Source: Nageia nagi (taxonomy: Eukaryota; Plantae; Pinophyta). From it: a stretch of DNA of 64,000 nucleotides. This document shows, one piece after another, positions 12,950 through 25,204 of this stretch (its first letter is position 1; every line of letters begins with the position of its first letter). The notes under the pieces are model-generated. The model saw nothing but the letters and a program-made list of their open reading frames with translations. It made no database searches and was not told the DNA's origin. The stretch covers positions 32,302,001 through 32,366,000 of the forward strand of contig JBITNC010000001.1 in NCBI GenBank assembly GCA_050084985.1, in the 5' to 3' direction. Made by a program: the position numbers and the translations under genes.

Positions 12950-15900
12950 AGATCCCACATGTTAATTGAAGAGACCATTAATGTTGACCTATGTGATGAT
13001 CCTAAAACCCTACAATCATTCAATTAGAAAATCCCTTACTGAAAAGGAAAGAATAAATTCATTACAATACTCAAAGAAAAATAAGATATATTTCCATGGT
13101 CATATGTCGATATGCTTGGACTTGATCTTCACTTAGTAGTGTACAATCTTGATATAAAGGAAGGTGCAAAACCTATTAAATAGAAGTTACAAAAAATGCA
13201 ACCTACAATTGCCTTAATAGTAAAAGAAAAGTTTCAAAAAAATTTGGAAGTTAAGTTTATCCATTCCATCAACTATTCTAATTGGATTTCTAATATACTA
13301 CCGTTAAAAAATCCATTGAGAAGATTTGAAAATGTACAGACTTTAGAGATCTAAAAAACGCATGCCCTAAGGATGACTTTCCCCTACCAAACATATATAG
13401 CTTAGTCAATTCTACTACACGACATGAAATGTTGTTACTCATGGATGGGTTTTTCAGGGTATAACCAAATTAAAGTGACATCAAAGACCAACATAAAATC
13501 GAGTTAATAACACCTTAGGGAACATTCTATTATAGAGTAATGCCTTTTGTATTGAAAAATGTTGGAGCTACTTATCAAAAAGCCATGACATACATTTTTC
13601 ATGATTACATGCATAAGATTATGGAGGATTACATAGATGATGTATTGGCTAAATCAAAAACAAAGGAATATCATCCTAAAGTACTCATCAAAATATTTGA
13701 TCAGTTACTAGAATATAAGATCTAATTGAATCCAAAGAAATATGTTTTTGAAGTGACATCTAAGAAATTGTTATGTTTCATCATTTCTAGGTGAGGAATT
13801 GAAGTAGATCCTAACAAGATAAAAGCAATACCAAATATATTACCCCCCTCACATATAAAATAACTATAAAGCCTATAGGGTAAGTTACAAGCCATAAGAT
13901 GTTTCATTTCTTAGTTGTTAGAAAAATGTAAAACTTTCAATAGACTCTTAAAGAAAGGAATTACATTTCATTAAGGAAATGGAAAATAAGAAATATTCAA
14001 TGAAATAAATCATTATCTTCTTTCACCACCTATTTTAGTACCACCTAAGCTTGGAGAACCATTCTTGTTGTATATATCCGCCATAGAAATAGCCTTAGGA
14101 ACTATGTTTGGACAAAAGAATGAAAATAGTAAAGAACAAGCAATATATTATTTCAGTCAAACTTTGGTTGGTTATGAGATTAAATACATATATTTAAAAA
14201 AGTTAAGTTTAGCAATAGTATTTGCAACTAAAAAATTAAGACATTACATGCTAAACCATACCATGTATGTAATTGCGAAAGTAGATCCTTTGAAATATAT
14301 GATGAATAAAACTTATCAAAATTCAAGAACATCTAAATGGATCATGCATTTAACTAAGTTTGACTTACTCTTCATACTTCATAAATCAATAAAAGAACAA
14401 GTCATAGCTAACTATCTTGTTGAAGTACCATTACCCATTGATAATCCACTCATTATAGAATTATCAGATGAACATGTATTCCAATTAGATGAAATATAAA
14501 TTCTTGTAGAATCTAAGAAGATTGGGATATGGTAATCTTTTTTTATGGATCAAGATGTGAACAAAGTGGAGTTATGGGTGTCATGTTTATTACACCCCAA
14601 GGAGCTCCCATACCCTATTCTTTTAAGCTTAATTTTTTATGTACAAATAATAATGTTGAGTATGAAGCTTTAATTTAGCTATAAAAATTGCCATCAAATT
14701 AAAGTTAAGAAAAGTTAAATTTATTGGTGACTCGCTATTCAATGTAAACCAATCAAAAAATCTTCCAATGTAAGGAACCTTTTCTGCAAAAATATTAGAG
14801 TTTAGTGAATAATCTACTATCATCTTTCAAAAAATATGATCTAGAAGCAACACCATAATCAACTAATAGATTTGTTGATGTTTATGGCCTCTATTGGATC
14901 TTTAATACCTTCAAACCCTAATAAAAAAATGATCCCTGTTGAGATTGTCCAAATCACTCAATTATCAATAGAATCAAGTGAAGTCAAACATGTAGTTCTA
15001 TACATCATAATGGAAGATAAAAATTTATGGCATATGCAATTTTTTAAATCCTAATAGATCAGGTATTACCTAAAGATTTAATGAAATCATCTAGAAAAGC
15101 ATTTAAGATAAAAGCTTTTCACTTTTGCATGTAGGAGATGTCATGTACCATAGGGGTTTCAATGGTATATTACTTAGATGTTTAGAATGGGTCAATTCAC
15201 AAATCTTATTTCATGCACACATGATAGAATTTGCGAAGGATATTTTAGAGGTTTTGCAATTAAAAAATGATTAATGCATATGGGATATTACTAGCCTCCC
15301 ATGGAATGTAACTACATGGAATATATTAAAAAGTGTGTAAATGTAAACAACATGCCAATTTATTTAATCAACTTTCGCATTCATTACAACCCATGCAATC
15401 ATTATGGCCATTTTCAAGATGGTCATTAGATTTAATAGGTCAAATCTCTCCTATTTACTTAGGACGTCACAAATTTATAATAACTGCTATGAAATATTTT
15501 ACGAAAATGGGTAGAGGCAATTCTTATGATTTCAACAAAAGGGCCTAAGATAGCAAAATTTATACAAAACCATATCATATGTCATTTTGGAATTCCTAAT
15601 TAAATTATCACTAATAATGGGAAAACTTAAAAAATAAAAAGTTCAAGCTTTATGTAAAGGATATCATATCCAATTAAGCTTTTTGAAACCTTACTATCCC
15701 AAAGGAATGGCCAAGTTGAAGCTACAAACAAGACAATTTATAGTGTTTTACTAAAAACTATTGATGATTCCCATCGAGATTGGCATGCAAGGATTTTACA
15801 TGCATCATGAGTTATCGAACTAGTATTTGAATTCCTATTAGGGCAACCCCATTGTCTTTAGTATACAGGACAAAAGTAGTACTACCCTTAGAAATAGAAA

Positions 15901-16265
15901 TTCCCTCTCTATAATTGCCTTACAAGACTATATCACATGTGAAGAAGCTCATAAACAAGATTAGATCAATTGCTACTTCTAGATGAAAGGAGATTTAATG
16001 CTTTAGAACATCTATGTACTTATCAAATTCATATTAAACAAGCTTTTGATAAAAGAGTCAAAATTCATGAATTTAATATAGGGGATTTAGTTTTAAAAGA
16101 AAACTAACAAACTTTTCAAATGGAATGATAACTTCATGACAAGTTTGCTCCTAACTCGTTAGGTAAAATAAAGTTCAGAAACTAAAGCTTATCATTTAGT
16201 TGATATGGAAGGTAATGAAGAGCGTAAACCTATAAATATCATGCATCTTTATCCTTTCTATAGTT
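12950..16265 (+). pseudogene. Decayed pol of the Tat element: RT, RNase H, additional (archaeal-type) RNase H, integrase
   Basis: RT: DFRDL..ACPKDDFPLP, MPFVLKNVGATYQ, YIDD. RH: LYISA...KLRHY. aRH: TNNNVEYEAL and GDS (14640-14735). INT: PWPF-type W-LDLIG (15400-15440) and YYP..NGQVEATNK (15690-15730). Confidence 0.92.
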
Positions 16266-19200
16266 AATAAGTTCTTTTTATTTATAAATTGTATATATTG
16301 TGAATAGTTTTTAATTCAAAACAATAAAAAATATTTTTTCTTAAACTTATATATATTTAATGTATTTGAAATAGAAAATGGACATCAAAAAATAGCAAAA
16401 GTGTCCATCTGATTGCTGATCAAAGAGGCATTCAACAAATATCCTAGCATAAAAAACCTAGATATATGGAAGATAGGGTATAATAGAGTTATCCCAATAT
16501 ATTTCTCCAAATACATAGAAATTTCCTTTGTTTGCCTATTGATTTACAAATAATCCTAGCCTTAAAACTATCTCTACAAAGATATCAAGGGTGGAAGATA
16601 AGTGTTTAAGGAGATAACTTGGAGATCTACATAGACAAAGCCATGTATTACCTAAGTTATGCATATTATTTCACCCAAATTCACATGTTAAACTTGTTAT
16701 GTTGATACTACCCACATCAACCCCTAAGATCATATTTGACTACTTCTTTAACAATTGGATCAGAATAGAATAATTAATACCTAGCCAAATGAATATTTTC
16801 TATTCACATGGATAGATCAAATGACAATAGACTTATGTTATCATAAAATGGTATATGATTTTTATGCAATGTTTGTGCATAGGTCTCAATGATCAATTAC
16901 ATGTATGCAATAAATTGATTGACTATTTTCTCAAATTAGGTCAAGATTCCCAAATGCTCCTCTATGCAAAATCCAAACAAGAACTTTAATGCCAAAAAGA
17001 CCAAAAACTAATGAAAAAATGCAATTACAATTTGATCTCACAAATCAAGATTTTGTTGATAGATACCTAAAATACCACTACCTATAAACATTGAGAAAGT
17101 GTCCTTACATGGAGATAACATGTTTCTTCACTTTACCAAAAGAAATTCAAGAAATTATAAGCATGAATTATTATAAACAGTGAGGAACTAATGCATGGGA
17201 TTTAAAAATTGATGACCTTAAAGCAACCATCGAATTAGAAGAAAAATACATATGGATGGAAGTTGAATCCTTAACAACTTGGATCCATTTGTTTCAATTG
17301 CATTGGCCTTATGGGATACCTAAGATATTGTTAAATTGTGTTGATTGTATGATCCTTTGGTGTTATGGAAGATCAATCTCCATAATTGAGGTTATAAATG
17401 ACTTGTATTTGAGTATAATACTCATTCGATTTTGCATAAGGAAATTATATATTATTACAATTCATTATTTAGTAAAAATTATTGTGTAAATAATCCTACC
17501 AATGTAAAACCAAGGTTTTAAAGAACTATTGAATGACTTAACTAAAGGAGAAATGAGGTCATACCTAAACTTATAAATAGTGAGCATGTCCAATATCTCA
17601 TAGAGAGCGTGATCTCCCTTGTATCATTATTTCCCCCTAAGTCTCCATAGTCTTTAGGGATTCCATCTCATCTTCTACTTCTTAAATGTGATGAGGCCTT
17701 GACATCATCAACTATGCTAAAATGCATCATTAAGAAGTTCAAGCATCATCCCTAAATATTACCACTTGTTTCATATTCTATCCATTATCAATCATCCATT
17801 CTAGGAGTAGGACCTACTCGTTTTATAATATAACCTCCATAATTTTACTTATTGGATTATAAAGGTTGGGTTATTCATAAAAAACAAGGTGGTCATTTCC
17901 ATTTGGGAGTTGTAAAAAGTTTTTCTTCCTAATAAAAGTAAAAACATCAAAACAATCATTAAGTACATATGTGAATAAAAATCATAAAAATTTCAAAAAA
18001 TTAATAAAAGTCTTTTTATGTGAATATATATGTGTGTGTATATATATTTTTATCTTTAAAATTTTATACAAGTTCTAAAATACTTGGATATGACATTGTA
18101 GGTGACTGATTGTACTTTACATACATCAAGCATCATGAGTCATTCACATTACATCAGTCCTCACACCAATCAGGAGGAGGGTTTTTGTATTATGACACCC
18201 CTATCCCATGGGAACTATCATCCCTTTGTATCTCATGGTCACCATGTACATTTCCTAGTGACCCTTTAGAAAACCCTATTCAAACCCCAAAATTAGAGAA
18301 AGACTGGTTCAATTAGTTTCCTGAAGGTGTACAACATCAAATTTAATCCATGACAGCCTTAACTACTGCACTAGATAAGTCTAACCATGCCTATGATGTT
18401 CCAAGGAATTCTTATCGAATAGAGATTTTTATTGATCACTAATTTTGTTGGGGAACTTGTGTAATCTATGATATACCTAATAAATAGTTCCTTCAAAATC
18501 TCATTTGCATGTTCTCTAGACCTGATTTCATATGGAAAATTATGATTGAAACTCCTATTACGCCATTGGTAGTTAAATTTGTTAAATTCTATGGGCCACA
18601 TATTCTACATACTGAAGAAGATTTTTCAATGAAGACACCATAGCCCACCTCTTATCCATAAATATTGGTATTGAGATTTCATGTTGTCTATATCTCTCAC
18701 CTATGATTCTACATAATAGGTCATTGATCATACCATTTGCACTCACTATCATTTCCATCCTTTCACTCATGATGATTTGTTATAGATTCTTACTCGATTA
18801 GAAAACCCTTAAAATCAAAATTAAAAATTGAAAAATCAAAAAACATTAAAAAAATTCATAATATATATATATATATAAATAAAAAATACAAAATATTATG
18901 TATGTATATATACTCAAGAGATATACTTTTGAAGCATCTTGGCTACTAGGTGTGTTGCCCTTATGTTCATATCGTTCCACTTTGTTCATTATGTTTAGTC
19001 CTTTACCTTGAATGTCATAATTATTAGATATCAATCATTATGAGGAAGGCAACTAATCAAGATATACATATCCATATATTGTACATACATCCATATAGTA
19101 TTCATTTATGTATATAGTTGTATTTATGAATAAAAAAGTAGGCAATGAATACTCCATTCATGTTCGATTTTTGTTGAAAGATCCTATGTCAAAATTTCAA

Positions 19201-20649
19201 AAACTTAAGATGTTAAAAGGATATAATTATGATATATGATAGTATGCTAATAATTCATACACTTCTCATATTAAAATCTCAAAACAATCAAGAATTGGAT
19301 ATTTCATGAGCATAAATTTGAGTATGATTCTTCTACCTTTTTTCTTCATCCCAAACCTAAGAGTTAGGATAAAAAAGAAAATAAAGAAGAAGAAAATAAA
19401 ATAAAAGTAGAGTTTTTGGGCCATTATAGTATCCTCTATTGGGGATATGGACATATGACTTACAATAGGGCTAGGCTATAATGGGATGAAGAGGTTAACC
19501 TTCACCAAGGCTATAGATACTTATTGGTAGTGAAGTCTACCTTACAAAAACATAAGAAGAATCATGTATTATAATTTATAATTTTGGAGTATTCAATTTA
19601 CGAATTTCAAGAGAATGAAATAAAAATCATTGCACACACATGAGTCTATGTTAAATTTAAGTATATTATAATCTTATTTTATATCATCCCTATTAGATGA
19701 GATCAAAGCAAAAGATCAATTGATGAAACTAGGTATTGAAGGTATTATTAATTACACTTATTTATTTATTAATATTCATTCATTTCATATCATTGTACAT
19801 AGATATTATTATCATTATAAATCTTGATAAGTTTTCAAAGCATTAAGCTGGATGTCTAACTTATTATTTCATTCATAATTACCTTAAGTCATTAAGTTTC
19901 ATACATTCTTAAGTCACTTTACATTAATATACCATTTTTCCATGTGTATTTATGTATTCATAATGCATCCATACATCCATAAGTATCTTGTAAATCTTGT
20001 ATATTTTATATTAATGCATTCAAATAATCCATGTTACCACATATGTTTATACTAGTATATTATGTCTAAACCATGCATAAAAGTAGCCAAGAAAATGGAA
20101 AATGATGCATCTAATTTCATACTTTTATAATCAAAATCTTGTCCTATAAATATAACAATCTTATATAAACATAATAACTAATTAAGAACAATAATTATTA
20201 CAATACTTAATTTATGAGAATGAACATCAAATGCTAAGTTAAATATTTCATTAAAATATAAAATCAATTATTCATACCTTTTATATATCAAAAATCCTAA
20301 TACATGTATCTAGAAATATAATTAATAACCATTCACCATAAAACATGATACCAAAAATATGTAAAGAAGTATCATCAGCATGCATATAAAAGTCTAAGCT
20401 ATCATCATGTATATATGTCAAAAATATAATGACCATCGCATAAGCTATCTATCACATCCATCTAGAAAAACTAACTATCATATCCATGATCCAAAAATAA
20501 ATAAGATCATCAATAAATAAGCCTACGACTAACATGTATAAACATAACAAATGATCATACCCTCTATATCTGAAAAAATAAATAACATAGTCTGTAAAAT
20601 AACACAAGTATAACATGAAATATAGCAAACACATGATCCAATCACTAGA

Positions 20650-22969
20650 GTATCCTCATGAGCTAACCTCCCCACCATCTATTAGACTACCAGCTCTACC
20701 ACTTGTGCCCTATCCTAGATGGGTAGTACCCACTGAACCTATAGGACTCATAGCCTAAGTCACTCTATGCATCTCATATGATCCCACTCGATGTTATGGA
20801 GAAACCCTACTTGTCTCACTACAACTATGTGATGTGGTAGGTCTAACAACCCTACCCTATGTACTAGCAATCTTTTAGACTCCACTGATCGCCTAGTGCA
20901 CTGAAATATCCATAAGAATATATGAAATAGGAGGGACTAGATATAGAATACCAAGAACATATGATGGTATCCTAATCAACCATGTCTAAACAACTAAAGA
21001 GTAGTAATTCCTATGCTAAAGAATACCTTGAACAAACATTGATGGCTTGTTAGCTCCCCTATAGATGTACTAGCTCTTCTAGCTTATGAAGAAGCTCAAG
21101 CCCCATCCGTCTTCCAATGATATCTATCTTGCTCAACTCATTCATGGTACATACATGTGTTGATCTAAGACACCTAATACCTCAACTCATATATATCATC
21201 CAGGAGTGCATCAACATTGGATACCTATGGAGTAGGAACTCAACCTCCTCTTGTCCCTCTAGCTATTGTACCTACCTCAACCTCCTCCCCCTGACCAGCT
21301 ATGTCTCTCAACTCATTATCTACCTACTCCTCAACCTGCTCCCCTATAGGCTTATCCCTAGATACTCCTAAAACCTTAGCTACTATGTCTGGCTCATCAA
21401 CTCATTGCCCTCTTCAGCATTCCCCTCTATCTCATCCTACCACCATGCCAAGAACTCCTCAATGGCTCCTACATGATCAACCTTAGAATCCTCCACTAAG
21501 GGTTACTCCTTTGTTGGCTTAGGCTCTGCATATATAATTCATTGAATGCCCTCAAAAAATACCTCACCCTCTCTGAATAATTAGATAGGGGCTGGTGGAA
21601 TATCATGTACAAGGCTAAATTGGCACTGCACATGCTCAAAGAAAAAGTACTCTAAGAAATTTATCCTCCTCCCACTGAGAACTCTGGCCTATCTAATACC
21701 AAGAAGATGGGCAGCAAGCTCATCCTAGTGTAGATAAGAGTAATAAGGTCTAAACCTCACTTGATCAAGCACCAAGTGCAATAAAAATGTTGGTAGTATG
21801 CAACATCATGATAAATACCATCAGAAGGAAGTGAATAAAATTCATCCCTCCATCGTAAAATCCCAACTGGATATGTGAAGTGTGTCCCAAATCTAAGAAT
21901 TGGGAGTCCATGAGGGCGACCCACTTAGATGTGCTCATATGCCCAAGCCCACAGAGTGATCATAACTAATAAGAATGACTTATCACCTAGTGAATAAAAG
22001 AACAACTCTTGGTATATACATGCTAGTAGAGTAGGAGCCCAAGCATAAATAATACTAGGTTGAAGCATATCATCCACTACATGTAATAACAACCAAGGAA
22101 ATCGATCACTACCTATGTTCAAAAGTGCGTAACACTAGATGAGGCCCATCAAATTAGAAGCTCTTAAAAGCCCCTACTAGTCATTCGTCCAGTACTTGAA
22201 GTATAAGAAGCCACCTAAAAAACATGTCATCCAACACTCCATCAACTACATTTGCTCCATAAATAGCAATGATGTCAGGACACATTGACTCCTAATCTAT
22301 AGCATGATGAATCCGCTACCCTTGAATAGGTAGATGATATAAACAATGGATGTCCTCCACCATAATAGTCATCTCCTTAGTAGGAAGATGGAAAGTACCA
22401 ATTGAAGAATCCCATCTCTTCAACAAGGCTACCAATAATGGGTAGTCCCAATGAATACAATCAATATAGGGCCCTCCTTCAAAACCCACACTATGCAAGA
22501 AAGTGTGATCCTCGACTGTTAACATGTCATGATCCTCTAATAGAATCCTAGGGTATCACCCATGTGGCTCAAAAATATCTAAGACCTAAGATATTTATAT
22601 AAGAAATTTGATTTAGTATATTGTTTAAAAAAAATAGCTTTAAGGATGATTGCCAAGAATTGAGGATAATGTTTGTATAATTGCCAACAATTAAGGTTGA
22701 TTGCCAACGTTTTTGTAAACTCTTGGCCCGAGTTGATAATAGCAATCGAGGGTTTTGAAAAATTTGAAATCTCATAAAAAAAGAAAAAAATATGCAAATT
22801 AAATGGTCTAAAACACTTAATAATTTATTCCTAACATTCCTACAGTTTCTATTTGACTATTTAATGGTTAGAATTAATACATTAAGTAAAAAATTAAAAA
22901 GAGAGTTTGAAAACCTACCTCTTCCCTCATTGGCCTCTTATGCGATGTTGAACATCCTCGTGGCAGCAT
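20650..22969 (-). pseudogene. Antisense plant mobile domain (PMD/MAIN-like, aminotransferase-like) gene carried by the Tat element, with one intron (22918-22586)
   Basis: PMD motifs LLVALLKRWDSSIGTFHLPTKEMTIMVEDI..LP and YAWAPTLLACIYQEL...WAWAYEH. A GT donor at 22918 and AG acceptor at 22586 join ATG 22969 in frame to the PMD frame. Internal stops are present and the 3' boundary is approximate. Confidence 0.85.
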
Positions 22970-23210
22970 CCTAGATCTAATCAATGGCAAGAAAGGCAAA
23001 TGTAGGATCAAAACTTAGCTTGTGAGGTAGGAAGGCAATAAGATCTAACCTGGCACAAAAGATAAATAAAAAAATGATAGTAGAGCTTTTTCTTTTTATT
23101 AACCTATGCAGTTGAATTGTAGTGATTTTATATCGGGCAATAGCGATCCATAAAGATTGTCAACATTCAATAGAGGATCATCGATGATCTAAAAAAATAT
23201 AAATAAATAA

Positions 23211-23214
<4 letters not shown>

Positions 23215-23246
<32 letters not shown>
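23215..23246. repeat. (TA)n microsatellite
   Basis: About 15 TA units. Confidence 0.9.
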
Positions 23247-23249
<3 letters not shown>

Positions 23250-24303
23250 AAAAAGAGATTAAAGATTTGAAAAACCATATAAAAATTCCTTTCATACAAT
23301 ATTTTTAAGGTATTTTGATACGAGAAATACTTGAGCTCCTTCTTGTGCACTTACTAATGTTTTTCATTAAAATCGAAAAAAACCTTAAAAATCTAAAATT
23401 TTAGAAAGTTTTGAAATATGTTAAAAAATTCTTTAAGGCCTACTTAAGCTATGATTAACTTAAATATTAATGAGAAAGTTTGAAATAAAATAGGATAATT
23501 AAAACATTTGCAACGCTTTTTTTATATATACAACCAACAATAATCAACCAAGGGAAACAATACATTAAAACTCAAGTTATGTTCCTGAATCTAAAAATTA
23601 GTTTACATTCCCAACAAACTGATACAAAATCTAGATAAAACACTTGTACTAAAAAAAAATTCACATCAAGAATATCACAAAAATACCAAAAATAATACAA
23701 AATAATTAAAAAACCCTAAAAACTAAAAAATGTGTCAAAGACAAAATGAAAATAAGTTTTTGGCTTGTTAGCCTATCCTAAGCCAAGGGATTTGAAAAAA
23801 CCTAAAACTCTTGAGTAACTTTGAATTCAAAAAATAATCCTTCTTTTGATAGAGAAAAGAAAGATAGGTTTGGATATGATTAAAATTGTTAGATGAACTT
23901 TTATGCAATATCATCAAGTAACCCATCTACTGGAACAAAAGTAGAATGATTAAAGCTTCGTATTTACAAGGAAGCTTCTTTATCACATGCTAGCTATGGC
24001 ATACACCTGAAGGCTAAGACTTCATCCGTATCTAGCCAACATAGCACAATGGTATAGTGATAACTGCTTAAGTTATGTCTTGCACTACAATCCTCATTGC
24101 TTTCAAAATATGTCAAATGCAAAAGAACAAAAAATGGATTTGTTCATAATCCAATCAATCAAATTTAGTTTATTCATAGAGGATAAGTTAACTCAAAGTC
24201 TTGATCCAAGGTCAAGAACACAAGTCCAAAACTTGATCGCACCCCCTCTCAGATATGTTTGGTTTTTTGAAATAATCTCCACCTATAAAATGTTGGGTAT
24301 TTC

Positions 24304-24318
24304 AAAAAAGAGGCAAAA
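24304..24318 (+). promoter_or_regulatory. Polypurine tract of the Tat element
   Basis: aaaaaagaggcaaaa immediately precedes the TG of the 3' LTR. Confidence 0.8.
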
Positions 24319-25204
24319 TGTAGACACCTAGAAAGATCCTTTTTTCGATAAATGAAAGGAAGGGAATAAAAATTTAAACAAATAATAAAGTTTGTTAAAC
24401 CCTTCTAGTCATTGGTGACCTAATACAGTCACCAGCAATTCAATCTAATCGTCAAAGTTCAACACACAATCACCAACAATCCTACAAATAGGAAAATCAA
24501 AGAAAAAATGAAAAAATCTGAGCACCCAAGGAAACAAGCTAGCAAATCTTGGATGACTCATCTTTAATCCTACATCCTCCCCACTAGATAAACCCTATGA
24601 CAAGGTTGGATGAGCTTTTTTATCGAATCCTTACCTCCAAAATAGCACTTTGGCCATCCTAAAATTCTATAAATTAAACCTTCTCCTAAGGAGAAAAGGA
24701 TTCAAATTTTATGCAATGATACTCTACTAAAATACATTCAGACTTGTAGTAAGTAATTGCATTACATTGTTTCCATGTTTTCATACTTGTATTATGTTAT
24801 ACTTTCATACATTTTTAACCTTGTGAGAAAATATGTTTCATATGTTTCTTATTTGCACATTTGCAAGATTTGCAGGTGCATGGTAGTTGGTTTGAATAGA
24901 AGAAAACCAAGGAACTATTGAGAAATCAAAGATCATCATCAACATTTTCTTATAGGTTTAGGGGATACTACTAAAGGCTTGCATACATCAATACGCTCAT
25001 TTAAGGAGGTCTGAGGGAGCCTATATCTCCTTTCACAAACAAAAAGCCCTTACTATACAAGGCACTATTATACATCACAAATCAACATAAAATTTTTTAT
25101 TGTAAACTGATTATTGAGGTCTACTCAAAATTCAATAAAAGAATTATTTTTGGTTGTAACATGCTTGTTCTATTTGCTGACAGGGTTTTTTTTTGGGTAG
25201 TACA
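24319..25204 (+). repeat. 3' LTR of the Tat element
   Basis: Runs tgtagacacc...gggtagtaca and is homologous to 5881-6714, with two extra short segments. Confidence 0.93.

Larger units (their letters stand above)
5881..25204 (+). mobile_element. Full-length (19.3 kb), decayed Ty3/gypsy LTR retrotransposon, Tat/Ogre-type
   Basis: Two homologous TG...CA LTRs, PBS-like site, PPT, a 5-bp TSD (cattt/tgttt, both derivable from cgttt), and gag-PR-RT-RH-aRH-INT order with the extra RNase H diagnostic of the Tat clade. Confidence 0.93.
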
